Shown piece after piece: positions 11,140 through 23,513 of a DNA stretch of 64,000 nt. Within the stretch, counting starts at the first letter, position 1; each line of letters opens with the position of its first letter. Source of the DNA: Octopus sinensis. Taxonomy: Eukaryota. The notes below the pieces were generated by a model that was not told the origin of the DNA, searched no databases, and saw only the letters and a list, made by a program, of their open reading frames with translations. Location of the stretch: assembly GCF_006345805.1 (NCBI RefSeq), contig NC_043002.1, positions 93,806,001-93,870,000 of the forward strand, given 5' to 3'. A program made the position numbers and the translations under genes.

Positions 11140-11300
11140 TACGACGGGCTTATTTCAGTTTTCCATCTATCAAATCCACACACAAAGTTTTACTCGGCCC
11201 GAAGCTACGGTAGAAGACACTTGTGCAAAGCGCCATGCAGTGGGATTGAACCTGGAACCATGTGGTTGGAAAGTAAGCTTCTTGCTACACAGCCACACCT
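11140..11300 (-). mobile_element. SINE family B, 5' half
   Basis: Matches the head and core of 26937-27100. Confidence 0.8.
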
Positions 11301-11887
11301 GTTAGTGAAAATAGAATTCTCTGCGAAGAAACTTTAACCAAGTCCTTAAAACTCAGGATATTATTTTTCTCGTAATATCCTGAAAGTCCGAACTTGCAAA
11401 ATGATGCTCCAGGTCTGTAAGGGAACCCCTTACATGATAGCTCGAACGGCTAAAAATGACAACCAAATCTCCCTCGTATCACACACTGCCGTTCTTTTTA
11501 TTCTAAGAAAATTATTCACTTGTGAAGTGTTCTTTCTTTGCGCGTCGTAAAGAGAAAGTGAATTGCTTTTATTTTTATATATATAATAAAAACATTATTC
11601 AAGTGCCACAGCTAGGAAAGCTAAAGCCAAACCACTTAAGTATATTCGTGAAAGAAGAGTCATCTCCACGCAGTAAAAGATGTACCTGTTGTTCAGTGCA
11701 GCCCACTGTTAAGAATTTTTAAGTGAGTACACCTTACGGTTGGGAGCATCGATGGTATTTGCAGCTCTTTTTGCTCTAGTGACATCAATGTAATTAATGT
11801 CACCATGTGAGGAGAAACGAGGATGAGGAAGCTCTGGGGGGAATGGATTTCTGGGGAAGAATGATTGAACGAAATTTTTAGCACACG

Positions 11888-11987
<100 letters not shown>

Positions 11988-12642
11988 CACTCACGCAAAT
12001 TTTGCATGTGAGAAGATTGGAGGTGCGTAGGTGAGAAGAGGAGAGGTGGGTAGAACAGATAGTCGGCATAAGCGAAGCTTACTAGTTCAGAGGAGTAGAA
12101 GCTGTTATAGTAAGAGTACAAGAGAAATAAGGAGTTGACAGAGTCAATGTTTTGTGTCAATGGTTGATGCCATTCTTCCGTTCTGTATAATTACGTCACT
12201 TCAATAAGCGTTATCAGATGTTTCAAATTAAATTAATGATGAAAGTGACGACGATGTTGGTGGTGATGTTGTTGTTGTCATCGGTGGTGGCGGCTGCGGT
12301 GATAGTGGAGGCTGTGGTTGTTATTGTTGCTGTTGTGGTGGTGGTAGCTGCGATGTTTGTGATTATGATAATGATGGTGGTGATGATGATGATGATGATG
12401 ATGATGACGACGACGACGACGACGATGATGATGATACGTTATAAAGCGCGAAACCATAATTATATACAGATAATTTAAACGATGCAAGAAGATATTTTTT
12501 CTCCCTCCACAATGTAGAACATATGCCCAATTTTAAAACTTATTTATATTAATATCATGCCGACGTGGACTATCACTAGCTTCATCAGATTCTGCTTTTT
12601 TTTACATCGGTTATAGTGGTGAGAGGAAGTAGAGAAGAAAGT

Positions 12643-12751
12643 GAAGAAGAAGAAGAAGAAGAAGAAGAAGAAGAAGAAGAAGAAGAAGATGAAGAAGAAG
12701 AAAGTGAAGAAGAAAGTGAAGAAGAAAGTGAAGAAGAAGAAGAAGAAAGTG

Positions 12752-12782
<31 letters not shown>

Positions 12783-12931
12783 GAAGAAGAAAGTGAAGAA
12801 GAAGAAGAAGAAGAAAGTGAAGAAGAAGAAGAAGAAGAAGAAGAAGAAGAAGAAGAAGAAGAAGAAGAAGAAAGTGAAGAAGAAGAAGAAGAAGAAGAAG
12901 AAGAAGAAGAAGAAGAAGAAGAAGAAGAAGA
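12643..12931. repeat. long (GAA)n microsatellite with recurrent AGT interruptions
   Basis: ~290 bp polypurine tract. Confidence 0.95.
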
Positions 12932-13924
12932 GTAGTGGCGTTTCCTCATAAGGAATTCTAAGTTCTTACACCAAACGCGTGGCTGGCTGATTGGAAGAAG
13001 CTGAAAGTGGAGAACCCCACCAAAACTCACGAGACGAGAGAAGATAATGAAAGCAATACCTCAGTAACTGATAATGATGATGATGATGATGATGACGACG
13101 ACGACGACCACGATGGCTGTGATGGTAACGAGGGAGATGGGGAGAAGGGGATGTGTGGATGAAATTGGAATTGATGATGAGGTGTTCTCTTTAAAGTTTT
13201 TCAGCACAAAGTCTTTGGAGATGAAGAAAAAATAATTAAAAAATAAATAAATAAATGAATAAACAATTATGTACGAATCTTAAAAGACACTGTTTTTCGG
13301 GAGAAGAGCAACTGTAACTCCGAAGTGTGCTTTACTTCACTTCTGTCACCCACTTTATCTATTCTTTCTCAGCTATTTGGGTGTCAGACTTAATCTGTTT
13401 CCAGGTTTAGTAGGACCACCACCATTTAGCACCTGCGAGCTTTTAGTGGGGGGTTGTCTCTGTTTGCAAGCGTTCTTCTTGCCAGATATCAGTCTGAGGA
13501 TGATAAACAATTCGCATTCTTTCCAACAATCTCAAAGATTGTCGAAAGGGACGCAGTGTTACGCTTCTTCCATCAATGAATCGATTAAAAGAAAAAGGTA
13601 AAAAAAAACCTGATACTTTCATATTGATTGACCTTTCCAATTTCGTTTTCACAAGGATAAACGAGAGTTCTGCGAAGGACAGAGTGCTTCCTATTCTCAG
13701 TACTTTCGTCTATCATGCCACCGACGTTTGGCCAGTACACTGTCAGTGGAAGCTTGCTACTGGTGAAGCGCAAAGACATATCGAAATCACGTGATGCAAT
13801 AATTCCACCACCGTCGCTTCACATTTCTCGCCTGCTACCGATATTTCTGTGCTTATATGCTCTAGGCGTCTATACTAGAGACTTTCTCCAGACTTTCTCC
13901 AGACTATCGCTTCTCATCACCGGC

Positions 13925-15458
13925 CAGGGATGTTGGAGAATTTTGGAAGGCATCGCCAATGAGTTGGGATGTGGTAAGTCTGTTTCTGCTTACGCAGATG
14001 ACGTCACCATCACCGTATCTGATAAAGCTCAGCTATCTTGTGTAGAGGATGCAATCAAAGGATACGAGTCGGTGACAGGGGCAAAAAATTAACTAGGACA
14101 AGCCCATCAGCTTGCGGCTCGGCACCTAGAGTGGCAAGACGATACCATCAAATGTTATGGGACACTGGACAGAAGGTCCTGTTAAGTTGCTTGGAGTCTG
14201 GTTTGGACCGGATTCCCAGATGGAGAAGAACTGGAGTGAGGTGGCAGATAGGGTGGCAGCCCTAATTCGGACCTTATCTGGAAGGGCGCTATTCCTGAAA
14301 GGGAGGGCGGAGGTGGTGCAGGTGTATATTGTATCTGTTATCACCTACCGTCTGACCGTTGTCTCTTGCTCTGATTCATGGCTAAATAAGTTGAAACGCC
14401 TTCTCTTTCGCTTTTTGTGGAAGGGAGGAAAACCGCTTGTGAGGCGCTCTGTCTGCTGCCAGAAACCGCTAAAGGGTGGGTTAGGGATGCCGTGGCTGAT
14501 GACGCTCAAGTAAGCGCTGAGGCTAAGGTACCTCTGATTCTATCTGGAAGGTGACCAGGTGTGGAATCCGCTGGTGGAGACATTCTTTCCGCGAGGGGTC
14601 TTCTTAGAGGAATTGAAACCCAATTTCATAAAAAGACGGAACCTGACTGAATGGCAAAAAGAGTGGCGACAGGCACTCGTGCTAATCCACAAAGCGGGAA
14701 AGTCCAACAGCGGGAGTACCATCTCGATACTCTATAGCGGGGTGGTACAGTTCAAGAGGGATGACGTCATAAAAGAAGGTCAGGGGCTCGATGAGAGCCA
14801 GCTAACCAACCTGTTCCAAAGAACTTTCGGGTCGGGGTACCTGGATAACTACCAGAAATCCCTGACCTGGAATGCTTTACCTGTTCATGATAAAGTGTCT
14901 AGGCGTGGGATGTCTGCCACCGGCATTCTCAAGGTGTGGACAGGATGATGAAACCGTTCTGTACGCCCTTGTTCAGTGCCCGGAGCTTTCGGGCTTGGTA
15001 GTTTATGCAGAACACGTTCTGTCACATCTGGGAAGAGTACAGCTATCAGCTGAGTGCATGATTAAGATTGCACCCCCACCCAGACTATCAAAGGAAGGTA
15101 AGGCATGTATTTTTATAAACAGTGTATATGGAAAACTAGAATGAAAGGAGTTGCGACGGGAACATTCTTCTCCGGCCCTGGTCTGCTATATTACTTCAGA
15201 TATCATCTGAAGAGCAAGTGTATACAGGAAACGATGGACGAATATGGGTATGAATGACCATGCTTAATACTATCCATGGTAAATTCCTGCGGTGTAGCCG
15301 GTGGACTTTCCGGCCAAGGTGTTAAATTCTTAATTATAATTAACTAATATATATCATCTTATATTTTTAATCGTATAAAAAACAAACTCATGAACACTAT
15401 CTGTTTGTAACGTCCTGTGCTGTCCCCTATATCTTGGATTATTTTATCATAATAAAGA
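13925..15458 (+). mobile_element. 5'-truncated L1/Tx1-clade LINE (RT C-terminal half, zinc knuckle, 3' UTR)
   Basis: SAYADDVT, YESVTGAK, VKLLGVWFG, LFRFLWKGGKPLVRR...GGLGMP, RCGQDDETVLYALVQCP; stops and frameshifts; ends aataaagaa. Confidence 0.88.
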
Positions 15459-15459
15459 A

Positions 15460-15720
15460 TTAATCCCTGGCCGGTGACTGTCACGCGCTGTTGACGGGTT
15501 ACTACTCAGACACCAGGATCCGTGTGTATCATGTCAGGCTAGAGATGGGAACGATGATTTCCCTTTGCAAATACTGATAGGGCATAGACAGTGTACCATT
15601 AACCAACTGGAAAAGATGTCTTCCTGGGACTATAAACTACAGTAGTATCGTCTCAGATGGGTCAGCCACATTTAGATGGGAAATTTACTTCACAATGTCG
15701 TGATGCTACTGTTTATATCT
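15460..15720 (+). mobile_element. diverged single copy of the hammerhead (retrozyme-like) repeat with decayed catalytic core
   Basis: Colinear with the 349-bp unit: tgtcacgcg-ctgttga...tccgtgtgtatcat, tccctttgcaaatactga, aaactacagtag, gctactgt. Confidence 0.8.
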
Positions 15721-15734
15721 CGCTCAGAGACATA

Positions 15735-16978
15735 AGAAGCAGAGACTGAAGGATTTTTAATTGCAGCAAAAGATCAAAACCTTCCCACCAGAAATTAACA
15801 AAGACATGTAATGAAAAGAAATACAAGTAACTGCAGAATCGCTTACTAGCGATTGTTAAACAATTCAGTGATGACATCAGAATGCAATTTGGATCGATAA
15901 ATGTGCAAAAGCTACCTTTATCAACGGAAAAATGACAGAAACATCTAACGTTAACCTTGACCAGCAGAATGGCATAAAAGTGTTAGACCCAGCGGAGAGC
16001 TACAAATACCTAGGGGTACGTGAAGGGGACAGAATCAGGCATTCAGTGATGAGGGAAAGGATCAGGAGAGAATGTTATCGCAGGATGAGAGCAAACTCAA
16101 GAGAGAGCTGAATGCAAGAAACAGGATCGAAGCGATCAATGCTTTAGCCATACCAGTCATGACTTACTGGTCAATTACTGAAACATGTAATCTTGACTGA
16201 AAAATACAAAAACTGTTGACAATGCATAGAATGCACCATCCTTAGGCAGATATAGAACGACTTTATCTGCCACGAAAAGAGAGTGGCCGTGGACTTTTAC
16301 AACTGGCATTAACAATGAAGATTATCACAATTGACCTAGACACCTACCTGAAAAATTCTGAGGACTGGATGTTAAAACTTGTCTCAAACATGAAAACTAG
16401 AAAGCATCATACTCAGTAACAAAAAAGGCAAAGGAATATCTAAGTGAATTCCAAATACAACAAATTCCGGAATTAGACATACGAGAAACAAGCGCAGAAA
16501 AAGCTAAGTGCATGAAAACCCGTGCTAAAACTGCTGCCTTAGATATTCTGACTGATAAATGGCAAGAAAAAACTCTCAATGACAATTACCCAAAGAGAGC
16601 TAATGCCGATGTTGACAAAGCCCTTACCCAACAATGGCTAATGGCCTCTGGCTTAAAATCTGAAACAGAAGGGTTTATCATAGCAGCCCAAGATCAATGC
16701 CTACCTACAAGGAACTACCAGACCAACATATTAAAGAACGGTAGCTTCTCAACATGTCGTGTATGTCAACAACAAAATGAAACCATTGATAATGCTGTCC
16801 CCAAGTGCAGTCTTCTTGCGCCTACACAGTATCTCAACACACATGATAGAGCTGCATGATATTTTCACTGGGTAATTTGCAAAAACCTGAACTTGCCCCA
16901 TGATAAAAACTGGTGGGAGCACAAACCACCTCCAGTGCTTGAAAATGATCACATCTCACTCTTTTGAAATTTCACCAA
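15735..16978 (+). mobile_element. decayed R4/Dong-clade (RLE-type) non-LTR retrotransposon
   Basis: SDDIRMQFGSDKCAK, ESYKYLGV, IERLYLPRKESGRGL, GLKSETEGFIIAAQDQCLPTRNY...CRVCQQQNETID; a second ETEGFLIAA piece at ~15740-15840. Confidence 0.85.
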
Positions 16979-18427
16979 AGTTTTCAGTATGATGGGAGGT
17001 AGCTTTTCACGAAAAAAAAAATAATAATAATAAAATCGAAATTTTATTTTTTTCACTCCCGCCACTCCCTCACCACCCCCAGTCCGAAACGATTTTGGCG
17101 ATTCTGTTTTTCACTACGCACTTAAAACCTGTGAGAGAAACATTTTCAGTTTTAAAAAATATTGTTAATAGTTTCAGGGGAAAATGTATGATTTAAGGGA
17201 GATCTGGCTGTTGTTTCTAGCACATTTCAAAACCTTCCCTCTCGGTTCTTTCTTACTCACACATCTATTGATATTTTTCAATATTTTTCTCCCCGTAAAC
17301 AGATTTTATGGAATGATGATGTCCAAGTAACACACGTCTAGTCTCAACCGAGCGAGGCCGTGTTATGTGTGTGTGTATACGAAAAGAACACCTAAAAATA
17401 TCTTTAGTGTTCATAATAATCTGTCAAATGTAATGCTTATTTGTCCACGTTATTTTGAATTATTCAGACTCAAGAGGAGTGTCCACAATATTTGCTTGTA
17501 ACTTTGTAAATTTTTTACATACAGACTTGGAATTTTGTCAGTGGATGCTTTATATACCACAGGTTTATAGTTATATAATTTTAGTTGATCTTGCTGAGTA
17601 AATTTGACTTTTATGGGCAGGTAAATTTAGTTAACAGGTCTAAAAGCAACAACATTATGGATAAACACTAAAATTGAAATTCCTAAGGCATTTTACATGT
17701 TTGTTTTGTTGCTAAAATTATCCCAGATGGCAACAAACATTTTCCAACTTTACAAGATGAGGTACATTAATTTGAATTAATAAAAATACAGGTATAATCT
17801 GTACAAGATTTTATTCTTTCGGTAAGTATTTCGTTCCTCGGTGTGGAATAATTTTTTCCAGTTTTTTTCGGGTGCATTCAATGTATCTGCTTGCTTTCAA
17901 CGAATGTGACATCGAAATCACGAGTAAACGGCTCCTTTTTCCAGAAAAGGAAATATTTGGCTGCTATTTGCCGAAATATTTACCAATTTTTTTCCTTCTA
18001 TTTATTTTTTTCCCTTTATGGAAGTCAATATTTTCTCTGTTGACATCCACCTTAGTTATTTTTATTTTCATTTCATTTCTTTGCTTTCTGGAAGAAAAAC
18101 CTGTTCTGTGCTTTCTGGACGAAAAACATTCACATTATCTCAAAGCTACGAGAATTCATTAACGTGATTTGTTTATTTTTAAAAAGAATTCGTAGTGGAA
18201 TTAGATACAATGGGTTTTGGCCGTATTACTGTCTATATGTATCACTTGATTGACATTACGATTTTGTGTACACCATTTAGAATTAAAATATTGCTATCGC
18301 TATTATTATCCCAAACTCTATCTAGCCCAGGGAATACAATTTACTTCTATAATGTCCTAAGAGAAATTAATGCTTGCTGAAACATTGACCCTATATAATT
18401 TGTGCATGTATGTATGTATTATTGCAT

Positions 18428-18914
18428 GGTCGGGTCGTCGGCGACTAAACCAGCTACCCCACCAAGCTTGCTTGGTAAGGAGAGTGTTTATTGGACACCC
18501 TGCGGGATGAAAAACAAAACCCGTCAATGGGCGGAGGAACTCTTGAGAGTCAACGGCCATCCAATAAATGTATCATGCGCGGGGACAGAGAAATAATCGG
18601 ACTGAAAACCCGATTGCACGGTTAAACCATTGGGAGTGAAGGACTCCTAGCCTTTGTTAGGGCATCCTTCTAGGAGAAGGTAACCCAGGTAACTGGGATA
18701 ACCCCGACATAAAACCTGCGGCTCAGTGGTTACCGATGATGTTGACTTGTTCTTCTTTTCGGATTATGGCTGCTGTTGCTAAGTGAGTGGGATTGACTCA
18801 GTGCACAGCCTTTCCTCACTTAAAAAAAAACTCTTCTTGCACAGGCATTGCACGATAACAACGTTGATTAAGCTTCGTGCAATGGATATACTGGATAACG
18901 AGGGGGCAGCCACC
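18428..18914 (+). mobile_element. non-autonomous retroelement resembling an RTE 5' UTR, with (ATGT)n tail
   Basis: GC-richer structured block with ccttctaggagaaggtaac (18666-18684), shared with 45095 and 55943; followed by (ATGT)n. Confidence 0.55.
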
Positions 18915-19430
18915 ATGTATGTATGTATGTATGTATGTATGTATGTATGTATGTATGTATGTATGTATGTGCGTATATCCACAAACACATACATACTTGG
19001 CGCTGATTTGATAGGTATTGAGTATTTTGTCGACATAAGCTCATCATAACTTAATGAACAGTAGAAACCTTTTCACACGGGAAGTAGGAAGTACGACATC
19101 AGCAAGCCTTAGTTTTCCATCTCTGTACTTTAATTTAATCTAACGAGATTCTAAGTAAAAGTTGAATAGTTTTTGTCGGTGACAAAACGAGAATATGAAG
19201 AATGACTCATCAAGCACAAAAATCAACACATCCTCAGTGAGTCCCCAAATCTCTTACACCGAAGGACACCTTTGAAGACATCATTTCCATATAGTGAATC
19301 TGCCCCTTTTCAAGCAGTGTACAACTCCAACAAAGTATTCGACCCTGTTTCCGCCGCCAATGCATCACCTAGCGGTCCCTACGTATAACTAGGTGGACTT
19401 GGCGAATTGACAGTCGAATAACTTGAAAAT

Positions 19431-19697
19431 ATGTGGAGGCGCGTGGCTTAATGGTTAGGGTGTCAGCATCATGATCGTAAGATTGTGGTTTCGATTCCTG
19501 GACCGGGCGACACGTTGTGTTCTTGAGCAAAACACTTCATTTCACGTTGCTCCAGTTCACTCAGCTGGCAAAAATGAGTAACGCTGCGATGTACTGGCGG
19601 CCCGTCCAGCTAGGGAACACATACGCCATAGAAACCGGGAAACTGGGCCCATGAGCCTGGCTTGGCTTTAAAAGGGCGCATTTATTATTTATTTTTT
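19431..19697 (+). mobile_element. tRNA-derived SINE (head D, tail 2)
   Basis: A box tggcttaatggttagg, B box ggtttcgattcc; TSD taacttgaaaat at 19419-19430 and 19698-19709. Confidence 0.9.
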
Positions 19698-19916
19698 TAA
19701 CTTGAAAATGGACAGAAGTTGATACCAGTTTTAAGATTCGAACCAGATTTTGTTTAACCGGTACTCTCACGAATCATACAGGGATATATAAATTTGATTT
19801 TTTTGTCTTTGTTAATCTCCATATTGTTCAAGTACCATGGATTGGTGGTTAGATCGCAATGAACCGAAATAACGGTAGATATTTGATTTACAGGTGAATC
19901 ACATTAAGTGAAAAGA

Positions 19917-19962
<46 letters not shown>

Positions 19963-20093
19963 GATAGAGAGATCAAATTTTCAATATGAAATCAGCAACA
20001 TATGAAGGATATTTTCATTTCAAATTTATAACTGATTTCGTGTTCTTACTATAAACAAAAAGCGAATGACCTAACAATAAATGTTTTGAAATA

Positions 20094-20394
20094 GTTGTTC
20101 CTTCTGGAGCCGTGCCTGGCTCATAAGGGCCGGTTTCCCGGTTTCTTGGCGTATAGGTTCCCCACTTGGACGGGACGCCGGTCCGTCGCAGGTGAGCTGC
20201 AAGATGCAGGAGGAAAGAGTGAGAGAAAGTTGTGGCGAAAGAGTCAGCAGAAGTTCCGCCATTACCTTCTGCTGGAGCCGCGTGGAGCTTAGGTGTTTCG
20301 CTTATAAACACACACATCGCCCAGTCTGAGATTTGAACCCGCGATCCCTCGACCGCGAGTTCGCTGCTCTAACCACTAGGCCATGTGCCTCCAC
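20094..20394 (-). mobile_element. tRNA-derived SINE (head A-like, tail 2)
   Basis: 15-bp TSD aaatgttttgaaata at 20079-20093 and 20395-20409; tRNA-like head at the right end. Confidence 0.9.
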
Positions 20395-20415
20395 AAATGT
20401 TTTGAAATACAAAAC

Positions 20416-21230
20416 ATCCCCATTTTACCCTTGTCTTCCCCTTCTTCACATATAGTGTAACAGACAGACGGCGATCAGCTTCTCTTTTATGATATAAGAT
20501 TAAAACTTTTGACCAGCTTCGTGTACATAACTATATCACCATAAAATGAATGAACCCTTACGTATGTGCTCCTCCTGTATATTTATTATTTCAAAGAGTT
20601 GTCTTTTACATTTGTACAATGAATTAATAGTATTGAAAAACGTACGCTTTATAGTATGTGTGATATTTGAAGGCTAACATTGTGCGAAATAGGAATAATA
20701 TTATATTTAAAAGTGTTAAGTGATAATTATTAATAATTTCTATAACCAGAATAAGGCAAGTAATCATGTGGAATGACAATTGCATGCGTGCCAGTATATA
20801 ACAACACAAGGTTAATTATCTTTTGTCGAAAATTGCATACCAATCCTATTATGCAGATCAAGTAGAAAAGCATTTTTCATGAAACTGAGCACCATAGTTT
20901 CATGTAGCACCTCAGGCGACTCTATTTAGGGGTTCAATATTCCAACTTCTTATAAGTCTGACCAAAGCTTCGAGAATTTGAAAATATAATTTGGCGGGAG
21001 TTCACATAACTTTTCGTTTAAATTTACTGCCTTTGTTTCGTGCCAACTGGTGTTGGCTGGTCGAGGAACACACACATAAGTGTTCACTCATTTTATGGTG
21101 ATATAGTTAAGTACACGAAGCTGGTCAAAAGCTTTAATCTGATATCATAAAAGAGAAGCTGATTACCGTCTGTTTGTCTGTCTGTTACAATATATGTGAA
21201 GAAGGGGAAGAAAAGGGGGGAAATGGGGAT
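20416..21230. repeat. long inverted repeat (arms 20416-20574 and 21063-21230), foldback/MITE-like
   Basis: For example cttttgaccagcttcgtgtac pairs with gtacacgaagctggtcaaaag, and ctatatcaccataaaatga with tcattttatggtgatatag. Confidence 0.85.
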
Positions 21231-21317
21231 AATCCTGTCACAATGTATATTTACAAGCAGGGAAGAAGGACAAAAGAAAAAGTTGTTGCTTAGAGAGAAA
21301 TACAGTGAGATAGCGAT

Positions 21318-21369
<52 letters not shown>

Positions 21370-21598
21370 TGTTGTCACCATTATACTATCAAGTTTTGAT
21401 TTAAAATGTTAGGTGCAAGTTTGTCAACACAGTTTCAAAAACTAAAAGGGCTTCACTTTAAAACAATATAGATAATTATGTTTTTGGTTATTTGTGCGTG
21501 TGTCTGTGTGTTCTTGTATATCTTTCAACATAGAAACAACGCAACACAGACTTTAAAAAAGACTTTCACTATGATGACAGATTGTTGTTGTCGTTATT

Positions 21599-21634
<36 letters not shown>

Positions 21635-21763
21635 GAGAGAGAGTGTGTGTGTGTGTGTGTGTGAGTGTGCGAAAGATAGAATTAAAATTTGTTTCAAGAA
21701 AAAAATAGACCGTTGTTGTTGAGAGAGAAATACAGTAAGGGTAAGAGAGAGAGAGAGAGAAGA

Positions 21764-21823
<60 letters not shown>

Positions 21824-21850
21824 GATAGATTGTTAGATAAATAGATCGAC

Positions 21851-21888
<38 letters not shown>

Positions 21889-21889
21889 T

Positions 21890-21964
<75 letters not shown>
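21851..21964. repeat. (GATA)n microsatellite
   Basis: Tetranucleotide run; shorter copy at 21320-21368. Confidence 0.95.
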
Positions 21965-21965
<1 letters not shown>

Positions 21966-22733
21966 GTGTTGTCACTAGAGTAACTAACGAAATTTTATAT
22001 AACAGGCTACTATTAAAAGAAGATATGTGCATAATTAACAAATATTTTACCGGCAGTGTAGCGACAGGTAAGACGTAGCAGAATATAATTAAGCCATATT
22101 TCGAAACTGGGAATCAGAGCAAGATGGTTCGAATATAGGCAGAAGTGTCGCTACACGTTAATTTCTGGACTGTTATGTGTTGTTCTTGTTATTTTGTCTC
22201 AGGGAAGCTCTGATTGAGCAGTTCTGCGATCAAAAGCATTCTAGACCTGGCAAAGCATCTTTTTTTTTCAATGACAACTATATTATCTAATACGTCTTTC
22301 CTTTTGAAATTGGTGGTTGCATGTGATTCGAGAGATATTTAGCTGCACTCACTATCAGGCTGAATGATAGTGATTGAAATTCTCCGCTTCTTTAAGTTGC
22401 CAGCTGATAGCCATATATAGAAAATACAGTTGGCATAAAAAAACTAACTAGAAATAATTATGTGATGTGTATTAATTAAATGTTCGAGTATTTGAATTAA
22501 TTATTTATTAGCTAAATATAATCGTTATATTTTACTAATCATTTCGGCAAGATTGGGAGACAACTATGGGTATAGCTTCAATCTTATTCTGATCTCATCA
22601 GTGAAGCATAGCCTATACAAGCCGAAATAGTAATGAGAAAATCGTTAAGTAAATACAAGAACGTAAAGTAAGAAGAAATGCCATCAAGCATTTTGTTCGG
22701 CTCGATGACGAGTCTGCTAACACGCAGCTTTAA

Positions 22734-23500
22734 TCTCTTATTATAAAAGGCAGATTTTATCTGCCTCCCTTTGGGAGTTATACAAATCTACAATATAGGA
22801 TTTCTTCAATTACAATTTACCTAGCATTTTTGAGAGTACAATGCATCGCGTCATGCCAGGTCCAGTTTTTAAAATTTAAACTCCAATTAAGCAAAATTTA
22901 CAGAAAACTCACATTCTGGTGTGTGTGTCAAATGCTTTTCTTAGTCTGGTTTACACCACACGCAAACGCACACACACAGTGTGCGACGAATAAAATGAAA
23001 GTAAATGTAATATTTGTTTCTGTCTATCACGCTGATAGATACATGAGTAAAATGTATGGGAGCTAACAGATAACAGTGAGTGAAAATGTTCTTGGAAGAG
23101 AGTAAATTAGCGACAGAGTGATTTGAGCAAGACTAAACTGAAAGTATGAAACAGTGTTTATGTATAAACAGACGACACTTATATAAACCCTTTCGTTACC
23201 AAACCGCCCGAATTTACCTATTCATATTTAAATGAGAATATCAGAGTAAATCTCTTTAGTACATTCGTGAAAACACGTATTATACTTCGTAAACACTTCA
23301 AATACAGTTTTGTACAAAAATCGAAGTGTAATTTTAATTCCGTGAATTATGGGAGATTTTTTTCCGAAATTTGTTCCTATTGTGTTTTCAAAATTTGTAA
23401 TTCTGACAAAAAATGGATACGAATTTCATTATATCAAGCAGCGAGTCATAATTCGAAGGATTTTCTACTGAAGACCTTCATAAATCTAACTCTATGACTG
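22734..23500 (+). mobile_element. probable Helitron-type 5' segment upstream of two further Helitrons
   Basis: Begins a|TC...tattataaaagg like its neighbours; no own 3' CTAG end identified. Confidence 0.4.
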
Positions 23501-23513
23501 AAAAAAAAAACCA

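Noticed and set aside
13031-13212. Minus-strand exon between a good acceptor and a gtgagt donor
   Set aside because: Every frame contains a stop between the two sites; mostly trinucleotide repeat
17793-17822. 30-nt + strand microexon before cg|gtaagt
   Set aside because: Acceptor lacks a pyrimidine tract; no other support
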